A program made the position numbers and the translations under genes. A DNA stretch of 64,000 nucleotides from Anthoceros angustus (taxonomy: Eukaryota > Plantae > Anthocerotophyta), in assembly GCA_010909165.1 (NCBI GenBank), contig VJWM01000179.1, positions 404,311 through 468,310 of the forward strand, given 5' to 3'. Positions within the stretch are counted from its first letter, which is position 1. Every line of letters begins with the position of its first letter. The notes under the pieces are model-generated. The model saw only the letters and a list, made by a program, of their open reading frames with translations, ran no database searches and had not been told where the DNA came from. Shown in pieces: positions 51,151 through 64,000 of the stretch.

Positions 51151-52225
51151 AGAGGATGTTTCACCCATTTTGGGTTTGAACTCCTAAGAGTTTGTCCTCT
51201 GATTGAAGCTTTCTAATGTGTCCATCCATTCCTTTTGTTGGTTTTGTGGTTTTGAGCTCTGCGTGCGGCTATGGTTTGTTCCCAAAGCGCTATGCGACTA
51301 TCTTAGAGTTTCTCATCTCAAACTTATTGAATGTAAGTGGAGCATGAAGGGCAAGAGTTAGGTGTATCAAACTTCCTTTCATGCTTAGTTTTACTTACGT
51401 GCTTGCATCTTCATGCCTCGAATCTTTGGGTTGGCCAACAACTGGTTTTGAACATTACAAGCTTGTAATCTAAGTGTGTTAACTCTTTCAAATCCTGAGA
51501 TCAATGCGCGACATGACCACGAAATCCGACATCTGCCAACATTGTTAGCCTCAAGACGCTGAACAATTGTGTTTACACCTCTGATTGTACAACGCTGTTG
51601 TGAGGAAGCGCGTTGGTGTATGTTCTCGGTGGCGATGTTGCACCGCTGTCAATTGAATGTCAAGCTCTGGGAGCACAATTAGTGTGTTGAAGGCTCCTGC
51701 AATGTGTCTCCTTGTGCTTGATTTGGGCAAGTTGCTCCACAGGATGCGCCCATGTAATTGATGTGCCAGGGTTTGTCTCTCGGCATTTCTGCGTCGATCC
51801 TGCCTTGGATTTGGATTGTTCCTCCTAGGATTCACCTGGGGATTATGGTAGATATAATTTTCCATGGCTATGTGCCACGATTGTATATACAATGCAGAAT
51901 TCCTGCATTTTCTGTTTTCTTTATATGATTTTTACATATAATTCTGCCCACCAGGCAGCTGCTCTAGTGTGCCTCCATTGAATTGCTAAAGTAGCAACTC
52001 AATCTGGAAGTGCGCTAGACTATCTGCCTGATCTTGCAGAATTTATATGAATTTATCAAAATAAAAATAGAAATAAAACAAGAATGCACCCATTCTTTTT
52101 CTATCTTATGTTTCTTGATTTTAACTTATTTATAAAACAAGAAAACAATCAAAGAAAGCATTGTGCATATTCTCTGATGCACAATTTCAATGTGCATTCA
52201 TTTGAATGCAACCTACACTAGGTTG

Positions 52226-52237
52226 GCTCTGATACCA
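52226..52237 (-). other. Primer binding site, tRNA-iMet
   Basis: Minus TGGTATCAGAGC directly abuts the 5' LTR. Confidence 0.93.
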
Positions 52238-52496
52238 TGAAGATTTTATGGACTAATGTAGATCAATTAAACATTATAGAATAATTACATTGTTGGATCA
52301 AGAAAGAAGTAAGTTGCTTATGCATGAAAAGACAACTAAAACTAAATTTAATGAAACGTTGTATCTATTCACTTAGAGACGTAACCCTAATGAAACGACA
52401 CCATATCTAGTAAACCCTAGCTTATCATATCTTGGTGATATATGGATAACTTAAACCCCTAAACCCTAACTATGATATCAACATTGTATATCATTA
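52238..52496 (-). repeat. 5' LTR (259 bp)
   Basis: Near-identical to 45751-46010. Confidence 0.95.
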
Positions 52497-55249
52497 TATA
52501 TGCCTCCAGAAGAGAATCCAGCAAATATATTAACGAAAGCCCTTTCAAAAGAGCTTTAAGCATGTCAAAGGTCTGGGGTTAGGAGAGTTTGGAACTTTCC
52601 TATCTAACCCCAACTAGCCTACATGCCCTGCTACCTAATCCCAGCTCAGATTTTGGCTATCAGTCTCTGAGGACTCTTCCTTCATATTCTCTGAGTTGTT
52701 GGGACTAGTGGAGGCCTTTGTAGCATTAGAGTCCTCATTGGACATGTAATCTTCAGGAGGAACAACATCCTCCTCAATTCTCTAGACAGACCCTACAACC
52801 AAGACAAATCAAAACAATTAGATAGCTTTAGAGCAAGTGGAAGTAGGAGCAGACACAAAGGAGAACTCAGGTCACTTATTATAGCGGTTGATGACGTGAC
52901 CAGGGAACTCTCCACCACAGCAATCTCAGCAATTATGTCCTCGCGCCTAGCCCTCAACACCTCCCGCATTGTGCTAGGAGAGCGTCCACGCTTCTTGGGC
53001 GGTTCTGAGCTTCTCGTAGTAGCATTCACAACCGATCCCTTGCAAGCAGAAGAGGCATAGCTGTCTCTCAACATAGGGATTTGTCTCCCAACCCCATTTT
53101 GGCTAACCATCTAGAAATCGCATGTTTCATTTCACTTTGTTTTCGTGGATTGCATCAAGCGAGGCTTTCATTACTCTAGGACAATCATCTATCTCTTTAT
53201 TTTCTTGCTTCTACATGCAAAACATTCCACAGTGAAACATTGTCGCTCTTCAAAAGGTTGTGCCATAGAAACCAACATTATACATGTCAAATTTTGGAAA
53301 ATGTAGCTCATCTAGAAACCAAGGCCCATGCATCTATACGTGCATCAAACTCAAATGAGCCGGACATTTGGCACACCAATCGAAAAGATCCAGCTGCAAG
53401 TCATCGGTAGGGGCACATAGAGTAAGGCCGAAAAGGTTTTACATGTTGTATACAAATCGAATGTGAGAACATAACGTCAACCAACAAATGATTTTCAAAA
53501 ATAATATTCATGACTTTACGCTTAGATACCGAGATGATTTACAAGTTTTTCAAACCACTAAAAATGAACACCTCATCCAGGTCTTGATGCTAAGCTTATG
53601 AGTTCTTACAAAGTTTTCAAAGCACCAAAAACAAGCAAACCAGAGTCCGCCAAGAGTGCTTAACCCTAGAGTTCTTATGCCACTTGGTCTATCTACACCT
53701 TTACCAAGCAAATGCTAGATAGAAACAAACACATACATTTACCTGCGGACGTCTTGGCATCCACTCCACCACTTCCATCGTGCTAGATGCCCCAAGATTG
53801 GGGTCTCGGAAAGGCACCGGATGTCGGCGAGCTTTAGCAGACTCGCGCCAATGTGCCAAACATCCGTGCGCATTGCCATTCTCCTCTGCTTTTTGACTCT
53901 AACAATGGATCCCGGTGTGTACTCACAATGCTCCGGAGGTCAGTGGTACTTTCTAGAGTCATAGTTTGTTCCTCGAGATGGCCATAATCGAGGTATCGTT
54001 ATTGTTCTCTCTCACAATTCGTTTGGACGTCCGTAGCGGTTGCTCTTTCATCTTGCGAGTTGCTTCTTTTGCGTGAAGGTGAAATCTACGAACCTTCTTC
54101 GGCTTAAACCCTATTAGCATAAGTGTTTGCGAGAAAATAACATGGTCAATGTCTTTCAGTACTTGTCTAAAGAGTGGTTTTCCTTAAGACGATGCATTTT
54201 GGTCCGTTTTCAGGGGTCATTTTCTGGTCTTTAAGGACCCCAACCTCTTTAATGGAGAATAACCCCTATCCAGAGAGACACTGTTTAGCCGCCTTCCTCA
54301 GAAGGTGGCCGAGGCTGTCTCGTGCTGGCTAGCGGGGGTTCGCATCCTCAGAGGAGGACGACATCTTGATCAGGTTATGCTCTACAAGCTCTCTTCCAAT
54401 TGCGCCGCGTGAGGGAAGAAGAGGAATATGGCGCTGCGTGATGGGGTGGTTTTTCAGCGCGCTTGAAAGGTCGATCCAACACGCAATGGCGTCCGTAGCC
54501 TAACCTAGAGGTCGCATGACTGGTATGGGCTCCAAGGCGAGCTGCGAGAGCTTCAAAAGCAGCGTGCGGAAGAGATGGGAAGATGGTGGCAAGGCAGAGG
54601 TCGAGGAGGAGGCCAAGGGAGCAGCATTCATCCCGTTTCGGTTTTGGGCAGTAGATGCATGCATGCAACATTGCGCCACAGCTGGAATGCAGTTATGGCT
54701 GCAGTTGTTGCTTTTGCTGCGGCTGCAACAAAGCATCCTAAGGTGCTAAAGGGACCCATTACAATACAAAAACCAAACTGCAAGAAGGGCAAAACAATGC
54801 TTTTTCTTTAGATTGTGTTTATGGAACAAGGCCCTTCGACAGAGTCTTTGTGTCTTTGGGTTTTCACCCAGTTTCTCACTCATGGATTTCGTTTCTTGCT
54901 TGCTACTCATGCTTCCATCGATCACTGCCATTTGCTGCTCATAATCGATCACACGCCGTTTTTTGCTGCTAAAGAGAGATTTACGTTGTCTAGGAAAAAC
55001 GGCTTATTCCGCTATTTTGGGCTTTTATGCAAAACAAACCAATTTTTCTTGTAAAAACAGGCCAAAACAGAGATACAACAAAATCATGGCCTACATGCTG
55101 GGATCCGACCGCCAACTCGATCCGATGGGAGCGATGGAAGTCAAGAAAACTACATTTTATTGTCATGATAAACTTGTATTACTTTACCTTGTCAAAGTGG
55201 AATCCATTTACCCGGTGGGGTGGTGTATGGTGTGACATGTACTCCAAAT

Positions 55250-56100
55250 AGAGGCGACTTGGACATGTTTTGTGGGATATTTAGCCGCACAAATTTCGTA
55301 CTTCCTCTTGTCCTTCCATCATGTTGAGCTCATGTGTGTCGTCAAGTGCATATATGCCGTTTGAATGTAATCCAAGGTTACGACCTCTTATTCAACACAC
55401 AAATCCTCACGTAAAAATAAAACCCTCAAGAAATTGTTTAGAGGGAGATCAAAGCATTCGTCCCTTGTCCATACCAACATAAGTATCTCTTGATAAACTG
55501 CCTTGCCCATCTTATTGTCACCTTGAAACCACCTTTCCTTCGCTTCTATCAACAACTGAACTCGAAGCTACAATCTCAGAGAATAGGCTGGACAATGGGA
55601 CTAGAAAGAGGTGCGCCACTTGTTCGAATTCCTTTCAATGCTGCCACAAACTCCTTTATCAACTCTAGTTTGCCAACTACGACATCAAGATATTCCATCC
55701 TACGATGTGCTGAGTACCCATCCTCAACAGCCCTAGCATCTTTTGGCAGTAACTCTCCTCGCTTTGTAAACCATGAGTACATAGTTCCCCTAGTCAAACG
55801 TTCATATGGACTAACACTCATTCTTGGTTTCTTATGGACTCTCTTCAAGTAGGATATGGCATTTATAAAGCTCTTGTGGGTCTTCATAGCGATGTAATAT
55901 GAAGCTTTAAAGCTTGAACAACCAAGTGTATTTTCCCTCTCCCTACTCTTGCTTTTTTGGAAGTGTTGTCCCCTTCTTGCTTGACCCTTCTCTTCAAGGC
56001 TCGTGTTGATGCATCCATACAAAAAGAAGCTTGCAATTGGTACTTCTTCGGCCTTCCAATAGCTTTTTTGAGTGGCTTGGGGGCAGAAATTGAAGCATTG
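55250..56100 (-). pseudogene. pogo/Tc5-like (CENP-B HTH + DDE_1) transposase remnant
   Basis: LTRGTMYSWF, EFVAALKGIRTSGAPLSSPIVQPIL, then GGFKVTIRWARQFIKRYL in another frame and QTA..DKR-like sequence downstream. Confidence 0.55.
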
Positions 56101-56548
56101 GCAATTGTTGGAAATGCTTTGGTTTCTTAGTCAATTGCTCTCGCTCTTTTTTACACACCTATTTCTGGACATAATCAATGGTTGCTTAGTGTTAGCCATC
56201 TTTGGTAAGCAAGTATGCCCAAGAATGACAATGTTTTGAAGAGACTTAGAAGTAGGTAGTCTTCTAGACCTAAACACTTTGTTGAGTTTTTTTGAATAGT
56301 TTATTAATTTAATTTATACAAATAAGATTTTAAAACTGTAAAATATAAACTAATAATATATAGGTCTTATCTATTGAAGAAAAATAAGGCCCATATAGGT
56401 ATTAAGCACTTAATTTTATCTAATTTAATAAAAATATTATATTTTTAATTAGAAAACTCTAAAATTATTTTGATACATGTTGAAATTTTACCTTCTGTTA
56501 AAAAACCTTTTCGTCGGAGGGGTGCCCAAAACCTTATCCCCCTTGGGG

Positions 56549-56666
56549 TATAGAGGCCTAGGGTTTTCTATGGACATCCATCTTGCTGGGCACCCATCTA
56601 TTCCCGCATATACAGGCCTAGGGTTTTCTTTGGGCATCCATCCTGCTGGTCGCACATCTATTCTCG
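56549..56666. repeat. 60-bp tandem duplication
   Basis: tata(g/c)aggcctagggttttct..catccatc.tgctgg..catctatt occurs twice. Confidence 0.88.
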
Positions 56667-58961
56667 TGTCAAGGATGCGCGGCTTCGATGCGTGACTCAA
56701 GGATAGAGCGGAGCTGGCATCCATGGCTGCAACGGGTGCTTGCATTATCTACTTGTAAGAACCCTGCACTTATTTGGAACACTTAATTGGTATGTATACA
56801 TGTCCAATGCGGAGTCCTCAATTGCCGTGTTGGAAAGTTCTGGTTCACGAATATCCAGTCTCTTGGCTCGCTGCTGTCAACAGCCAACTACAGAGATGAA
56901 GCTAGCCTAGGCTGTCTCAAAATTGGAAACATGGAGCCGCAGCCTGGCCCTGGAGTGGATCACAATCCATGGTCAGCAACCCCACTGATACCATTGTACC
57001 GTAGGGTACCCACCTACAAACACCTACCAACACTCTGGCGCCCTTCGGACTGTTTAATCAAAGCTGCTGCTGCATGAGCCGTGCACCCTGATGCTGCTGA
57101 TTGCCACTGGCCCAGAGCCAGCCAGGACTTACGGCGTCTTACGCCACTGGCTGCAAGAGCTGGGGAATGTCACTCGGCTACTACTGCCAATTGACCTCAC
57201 CTACAACTGCAGTACTGGGCGCCGCCCTGTGGGCGGTCTGAAGGCTAGGCCGGCCGATGAGCTGTTTCCGATGCCACTGCTCCCTGTGGGTCCACTGTTC
57301 ATGAATTCGTGCTGCCGCTTCAAAGGACACCAATCTGGCAGCCCCGCGGGGCCGGGCCGGCATCGCGTGCAGCGGCTTCCTTCTGATTGGCCACAATCGC
57401 AGAGGATTCAAGGTGGCCCGGGGGAATCCGGGTCCGGAACTGGTTCCAACTCGCTCGCAAACTTGATTGAATTGCGCCCTGGAGCCTGCAGAAGCATTAA
57501 GTGGGCGGGACCGGAGCCGCCGTGAGGTGGCAGTACCAGCATGCCAGTGACAGAATGTGCACATAAGTGCGAGCGTCGCAATCCGCCCATGCGACGGTGA
57601 AATGCCGTTACGCTTGCAGGTTGGCGTGTGGGACCTGCGAATAACGTCAACTCTCGGCTGCTCGCCAATTTGTGAGCGAGCGCACGCGGGCCATGGGCGA
57701 TAGCAACCTCGTGCTCATCCTGGCATGCCGTTGCCTGGCAGTCTCACTGCCCCGCTTCGCCGGAGTTTCCTCCTTTCAAGTTCTCGGTCGCTTGCGTCCA
57801 GCTAGCATACAAACTTCAGGAGTTGAGAGAATTATGGTAGGCCTGGCCTGGGCCGTGGAGCAGCAGGCCCTAGGTACTTGAAGGGGGCGGCGGGCGGGTG
57901 AGGTGCCGTCGCCTTCACCCAGGGCTTCAGCACACTCCCGGGCCCGGGCAGCTCACTGCAAAATCACAGCTCTCGTCTCAGCGCCTTTCTTTGCCCTCTG
58001 GTAGGACACTTGCGTTGTCGGCCAGCCCAGTGACAAACACCTGGGCTAGGTTTATAAGAATACGAAGTATCCGTGTGCCGAGTATACAGCAATATACTGG
58101 AAGTCGAAAGACTTCCCTCGTTGCTGCTCTCGTGTGCTACGCGCTGATCCAATTGTGGGCTTTGGGATAGCCCAGCCGCAGCGACAGAGCTGGAACCTTT
58201 TCCCCTGATCCTGTCCCTCCAGCACCGGGAAGAATGGTCCTCGTGCCATTCCAAACCGCAAACCACAATCCCCTGCGTATTGGATGTCATCTTAGCCAAA
58301 TCTTCCTGGACCCGATTCAGCACGGTTTGCGGTGGCACCGTAGCCTGCACCGCTCCGAAACACTATGAAAGAGCCGCTTCTTTGCACATTTGGATGGGTC
58401 ATCGGCGGTTGCAATGATCCGACCACTCCAAGCAAAACTTGCTCGATCTTAGTTTTAAATCAAATTCTCCTAAAATAATATTCACATCAGCAATATACAG
58501 TAATTAAAGCTATTTAAATTTTAGGTCTTTTCATATATATATTATATTCGATACATATACATATATAATAAACTTTATTCCTACATGCCAACATAAGAAA
58601 ACTATTTGGAACATATGTAATTTTAGGAACTCTTAGAATGTTGTGTATAATCTTCTCTCGAAAAGATACGTACAAATAGGAGTGTTTTCTTCAAAACCCT
58701 TTTGATTCCGGTCCGCCCATGCGTGAAGCGGCGGTGCACATATCAAAGTGTAGCATACTTGTACACAAGACTTGTACAACCAAACTTGAAAAGTGTCTAC
58801 ATACGACACGCTATTGTATATATTTCCGGTAGCAACTTGTCACGGTATATATGTACTTAGTACATATCATCACCGTAAATCCTTACATGTGAACAACTAA
58901 TATACCTATGTATAGTACTTACAATATGTACATATTTCATTCTCGTTCCCCGCCATCAAAG

Positions 58962-59071
58962 TGCCGCACTAACGAAAGTACATAGATCTGTCGCACTAGC
59001 GAAAGTACATAAATATGCCGCACTAGCGAAAGTACATAGATCTGCCGCACTAGCGACAGTACATAGATCTG
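58962..59071. repeat. 27-bp tandem repeat, 4 copies
   Basis: tgccgcactagcgaaagtacatagatc units. Confidence 0.93.
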
Positions 59072-59298
59072 TTTGAAAGTTAGATTGCCTGCGTCTTGTA
59101 CAATTGGATTCAAAAGTACATACATAGGTACAAGTTAGACTTTAGCACAATCATGTTGCCCAAAGGACCAAAGTGTGGCGGCAAGCAAAATTATATACGC
59201 TTAGATTTCACGATTAATTATAGGCCCTCGTGAGACCGGTTAAAAGTACCTACATTGTCTACATGATTGGATTTATGTTTCCGCACAATCCTTTGTCG

Positions 59299-59418
59299 GA
59301 AAGCCAAGGTTAAGTACATATGAGGCTTTTGCACTATTAGCATTGTTTTCATGATATCACCCGAAAGCCAAGGTTAAGTACATATGAGGCACACTATTAG
59401 CGTTGTTTTCATGATATC
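59299..59418. repeat. ~60-bp tandem duplication
   Basis: gaaagccaaggttaagtacatatgaggc..cactattagc.ttgttttcatgatatc at 59299 and 59363. Confidence 0.92.
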
Positions 59419-60415
59419 TGCAATTTTTTGTTTCCCCAAATATCGACCATGTAGTCGCTCCTAGTATCAACTTGTCAAGTCAAAAGTGTTAAATAAATTT
59501 GATAAATATATAATAAAAATAAAAGATAAAAACATGATGAAGGCTATATATGTAAGTGTGTAGCATTAGTTTTAATGGTTATGGGACAAGGATGAGCCGG
59601 GGTGTCCGGGGGTGTCCACTTGTCCGTTCTTACATATTTACATATTTCAGGTTAGCGGTACGAGGCGGGTTTCCTGACCTCAGCGCGGCCTCATTGCCAC
59701 GTTCTTAAGAGAGCCAGTTGGCTGCGCATTCGTCTCCTCTCCTCTCCTCTCCTCCCCTCGCCTCCCCTAGCTGGGGCTGCCTCGAGCCTCCTCATTGCCG
59801 TCTGCCCAGTTCCGATCTGGTGGTGCCACCATCTGGTGGTGAGCGTGGCAAAGTTCGTGCTTCGCACCTCTGCTCTGTAGCGCGACCTCGTCTCCTCCCT
59901 AGCTGCCCCACTGCCTCGTTGCCGTCTGCCCGGTTCCGCTGTTCCGCTCTGGTGGTGGGTCGCAAAGCTCATTCTTAGCACCTCTGCTCTCTAGAGGCGA
60001 CTTCGTAGACTGCGTAGGTGATCATCATCAAAAGCGACCCTACAACCTTTGATTTTCTGCTGTGCATGACGCTGTTGCGCCTCGGTTGAGGCAAGGAGTG
60101 ACCTGGAAACCTCTCTTCGGAAGAGAGGCTTCCAAAATCTCTCATCTTTCATCAGTAACGCGCGAAAGCTAGTGGTAGCATGTGCCTCCAACTTCCAAAC
60201 TTGACATTGCTGCTGTGTCTGATTGCTGTAGCTGTAGGTAGCTTCTGCTCCTAGCTGGAGCTAAGGATAGATCTGGGCAGCCGCTCTTCACACATTGGTG
60301 GAGAGCTGTTTCTCAGATCCCTGACTCCACAACGTGAATAGCTTGCGAGTGAGAGCTAGCTTGGTCGCCAAGTATGTTCTTACAGTGGGTCTTGCTTGTT
60401 GACAGGTTTGTGACA

Positions 60416-62362
60416 ATGGCTTCTTCTGCTGCCAGAGCTGATGGACCCTATGGCTTTGCTCCACGGGATTTCCAGCTTGAATCCGTGACGCGTGGGGCTA
60501 CCTTTGTGCGGGGTGCCGTCATTGTAGCTGGCCCTGCCGGACTGGCCACGGCTGCGTGCCTGACGCAGCGCGGAATACCCTATATGATCCTAGAGCGGGC
60601 TGACTGCGTCGGCTCGCTCTGGAAGAATAAGACGTACGACCGTCTTCACCTCCACATACCCAAGGACCACTCAGAGCTTCCGAAGTTCCTGCGGATTACC
60701 CCGCCTACCCATCGCGTAAGCAGTTCCAAGCTTACTTGGAACATTACGCTGAGGAATTTGCCATCCGCCCGCTGTTTAACCACAGCGTCGTTGACGCATC
60801 ATACCTGGAGAGTATCCAGATGTGGCGAGTTGTGACGTCCTCATGCGAAGTCGCCAACACCGGCATCCATCCAAAATGGAAAAGATCTGTTTATCTCACG
60901 AGATGGCTGGTGGTCGCAACAGGAGAGAATGCGGATCCAGTCACCCCATCAATTGCAGGCATACCTGTGTTTTGTGGGAGAGCGCTCCACAGCAGTCAGT
61001 ACCGCAACGGCCGGGAGTGGTCTGGCAAGAAGGTGCTAGTGGTGGGCAGTGGAAACTCCGGGTTCGAAGTGTCGCTGGACCTGGCGCAACATGGCGCCCG
61101 AACGAGCCTCGTTGTGCGGAGCCCGGTGAGCTACTCTGTATTTGATGCACTCCCAAATTGCTGCTTTGCAACACTTGCCTCTCTCTTCATTGTCTCTCTC
61201 TTCATCTCTTGTCACCTTTGAATTCCCTGACGATCATGACAAAGATCTCATTGGTAATATGTTGATCTTGTTCATGTGCTGCAGATGCACGTTCTCCCTC
61301 GGGAGATGTTTGGGATCTCAACTTTGTGGTGGCTACCACTCTTGCGTTACCTGTCCTATCGATACACCGACATGCTGCTGCTTCTGTATGCCCGTTTCGT
61401 GATGGAGACACAGCTAAGTGCATCCTGAGGCCCTCGCTGGGGCCTCTTGAGCGCAAGGACAAGGAGGGCATCACTCCTGTTCTGGATGTTGGCACACTCA
61501 AGATGATTCAAACCGGCCATATCACGGTAACTTTGATGTTCAAAGTGTACCTGGTGTATTGGCATTACTCTACGCATACAGGCCTGCCTGCTGATGCAGC
61601 CTTCTGCTCGAGATCGTGCCTGCCTGCAATTCTGTCTGTATCTTGGCAGGTTGAATTACAATAGGTGTATGATGCCGCCTCGAGACGAGGCATTTGCATT
61701 CAGCTTTTGTGTTGACTCCTTGACTACTTCCTGCAAGGTCGTGAAAGGTGTGAACGAAATCACTGCGACAGGAGCGATCTTTGATGATGGTTCTTTCCGA
61801 GAATTCGACTGTATCATCTTTGCTACCGGGTTTAGAAGCAACGTGCCCAATTGGCTTCGGGTAATTTTGCGCTAACTTGTTGGAGTAATATAGTTTGCTT
61901 GTGAGCTCAGGGCCTTGGATTTTTTTAACCTATGTGCTCGGGCCTGGGGTGTTTTAACTCCTTTGCTCAGGCCTGGGATGTCCTAACTTCTGTACTCAGG
62001 GTCTGGGATGTGAAATTTACGGAATGAGTTTTGTTGGCATTGTTGGTCTGCACATTCAAATTTTTTTATCTATTAGTGTGAAACCTGAACAAATAAATTT
62101 TGTTGCAATTGATATGTTTTATGTTTCATCAAATATTTCAAACGTGATCATTTGGTAACCTTATCTTGTTATATGCATGTATGATACTCAGGATGACTCA
62201 ACATTTGGATCCGATGGAATTCCAAATTTATCTTTCCCTCATAGCTGGAAAGGGGACAGAGGCCTATTCACTGCAGGTTTCACCAAGAGAGGTCTCAAGG
62301 GAGCAGGAATGGACGCACGGTGTATCGCAGAGCATCTGAGCAAGCTGGAGACTTCATTCTAG
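60416..62362 (+). pseudogene. YUC: Second YUCCA-family flavin monooxygenase, 4 exons, with small deletions (pseudogene or consensus errors)
   Basis: Exons 60416-61125, 61285-61526, 61738-61860 and 62192-62362, with the same intron positions as the first YUC. Motifs [43 protein letters not shown]. Frameshifts occur near 60690 and in exon 2. Confidence 0.9.
61905..62012. repeat. ~30-bp degenerate tandem repeat (4 copies) in YUC2 intron 3
   Basis: gctcaggg.cct.gg.at.t..taac units at 61905, 61936, 61965 and ~61994. Confidence 0.75.
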
Positions 62363-62387
62363 AAAGTCTCCATTTCATAGTTGAATT

Positions 62388-62490
62388 GGCCTATTCACTG
62401 CAGTGTTTCACCAAGAGAGGCCTGAAAGGAGGCGGAATGGAGGCACATGCTCCACAAGACATCTATGTTCTAAGCAAGGTGGAGACTTCA
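62388..62490 (+). repeat. Diverged duplicate of the 3' part of the YUC2 last exon
   Basis: ggcctattcactgcag..tttcaccaagagagg..agcaag.tggagacttca repeats 62261-62357 and translates to FTKRGLKGGGMEA. Confidence 0.9.
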
Positions 62491-63749
62491 ATTGCCTGTA
62501 GCTTGGTCCATTAGGCACCAGACTAGTGCCTAGGCACCCACATGACAAATAGAGGAGGTTACCCCTTTTCTCTCTTCATATAAGGTATTATTTTATAGTG
62601 ACACTTCTATGGTGAGTTAACAAGAATACAAAGATTAGTGAATCTAAATAAAGTGTAGCCAAGGATACACTCAGTGCCCTTTGATATCAGCTGTAAACAT
62701 CCTCCAGCAACCCTTGTCAAGCAACCTATGCCAATGCTGGCAGCACTAGCACCCCAAGCCAATACTTTAAGCACTAGCAACCCACTCCTCCTAACAGGCT
62801 GCGTTTGGGGCTACGAATTCCCTCCAAAGTTCTAAACAGCCCACTCTATCGCACACCAAGAAATTTTCTCCCATCCTCTAAATAATTGAAAAGACTAATC
62901 ACTAATCTTCCTTTCTAGGCGCTAAAGGTTTAAATCTATACTTATTAAGTTACATCTTGGGTGAACAAACGCGTCTTGTAAGTTTGCCCGGCCTTGTTTT
63001 CCCTCATGACGGTGGGGTCATGGTTGAGAGGCATGCTCTAAATATGGTACGTGCGCAGCAAGGGCGAAAACGGTACATGGGCATCCTACTTCCTTGAACG
63101 CGATATGCTGTGAGCCGCAAAGATAGAAAGCGATAGATGTCAAATGTGATTTGTGTGGAGGTGTCATGCCGTGTGATACTAATCTATGCACTTGGGTTTA
63201 GTGTTTGATTAGCATTAGTTAATCTAATTACTATCTTTAAGTAAGTAATTAGTGTTAATTAATCTTCACACTCTCACTGGCATCACTTCTTTAACCTCAA
63301 TGACCATAAGGTCTCTCCATGTAGGTGTGTTCGCGTCCTCCTCGTGGCCTTTATGCATTTTCTTTGCTAAGGCGCGGGGCGCATCCACACATTCGAGTAG
63401 CGCTTACATTCCACTTCTCAAATATCTAGTCCACATACCTCCGGACTTCTTCATCAACTTTTGCTACAGGTACTCCGGTGTTTTGTTGTCCACAAGCACA
63501 GTGATCACATGCCTTGAGACCATGCTTTGTTGCATCCCACTTTGGGATCACCGAGCACGCATACACATCCGGCTTCGAGTCGTCGCACTTCAAACCTTCG
63601 ATCTCCTAGATAGCAACTCACTTCTAATGTAACGTACTCGGTCCATGAAAGTAAATGTCTTTCTTGCATACTGCGATCGTGTTGTGGTCGTGGCTACAAT
63701 CCTCATCTCGTCCTCGTGAGTCGGCTAGGACACTATGCATACGTATGCT

Positions 63750-64000
63750 CGTGGCGAATCTTTCGGCTGACGGCCGAGGCAGCGCACAATCTCGTATGGG
63801 TCGCTAGTAGGAAGGTGAACTGCGTTCCAAAGTGAAATGATAGGCTCCGTTGGCTGCAGCATCTTTAGACGATTCTCACTTCACTTTGCGTCCATTAGAG
63901 TCTCAACGCACACATCTTCATCGCCGTGATCTAACTACTGCAAGCGTTCGCGCACGGGCGGTGTGGCTAAACGCGTTTAAGGACCCGCTCGGCGTCCGTG
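63750..64000 (-). mobile_element. Diverged LTR end related to the Athila-type family (runs off the window)
   Basis: gcgcacaatc..gtaggaag..aatgataggctccgtt..gcgttcg..ggtgtggc.aa.cgttt.aggacccg matches 6465-6640 and 16750-16920. Confidence 0.8.

Larger units (their letters stand above)
45751..52496 (-). mobile_element. Young full-length Ty1/Copia element with 5-bp TSD (TATAT) and non-canonical TA...CA LTR termini
   Basis: LTRs 45751-46010 and 52238-52496; TATAT at 45746-45750 and 52497-52501; PBS and PPT present; gag-PR-INT-RT-RH on the minus strand. Confidence 0.95.

Noticed and set aside
63252-63632. Helitron or other transposase fragment
   Set aside because: Only vague Cys-containing text is present in either orientation, with no diagnostic motif.

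Overview
Repeat-rich eukaryotic (land-plant-like) nuclear DNA. Host genes have GT-AG introns: an intact YUCCA flavin monooxygenase (minus, 36556-38864), an intact aldo-keto reductase (minus, 40624-42093) and a second, frameshifted YUCCA (plus, 60416-62362). Most of the rest is mobile DNA: a CACTA-like end (to 4791); a 14.5 kb Athila-type Ty3/Gypsy element with ~4.1 kb LTRs that appear to carry their own ORF; a MULE/SWIM DNA transposon with long TIRs; a young Ty1/Copia element with non-canonical TA...CA ends nested antisense in a related older Copia; and a pogo/Tc5-like remnant. The most unusual item is a ParB-like domain followed by a beta-class amino (N4C/N6A) DNA methyltransferase at ~31.7-33.85 kb. 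It lies in a 21-36 kb segment that also holds a second, weaker ParB-like remnant and several palindromic repeat arrays. Many repeat copies differ mainly by 1-3 bp indels, so noisy long-read consensus may explain many frameshifts and possibly the two tandem duplications. All protein assignments are by-eye motif recognition; no searches were run.
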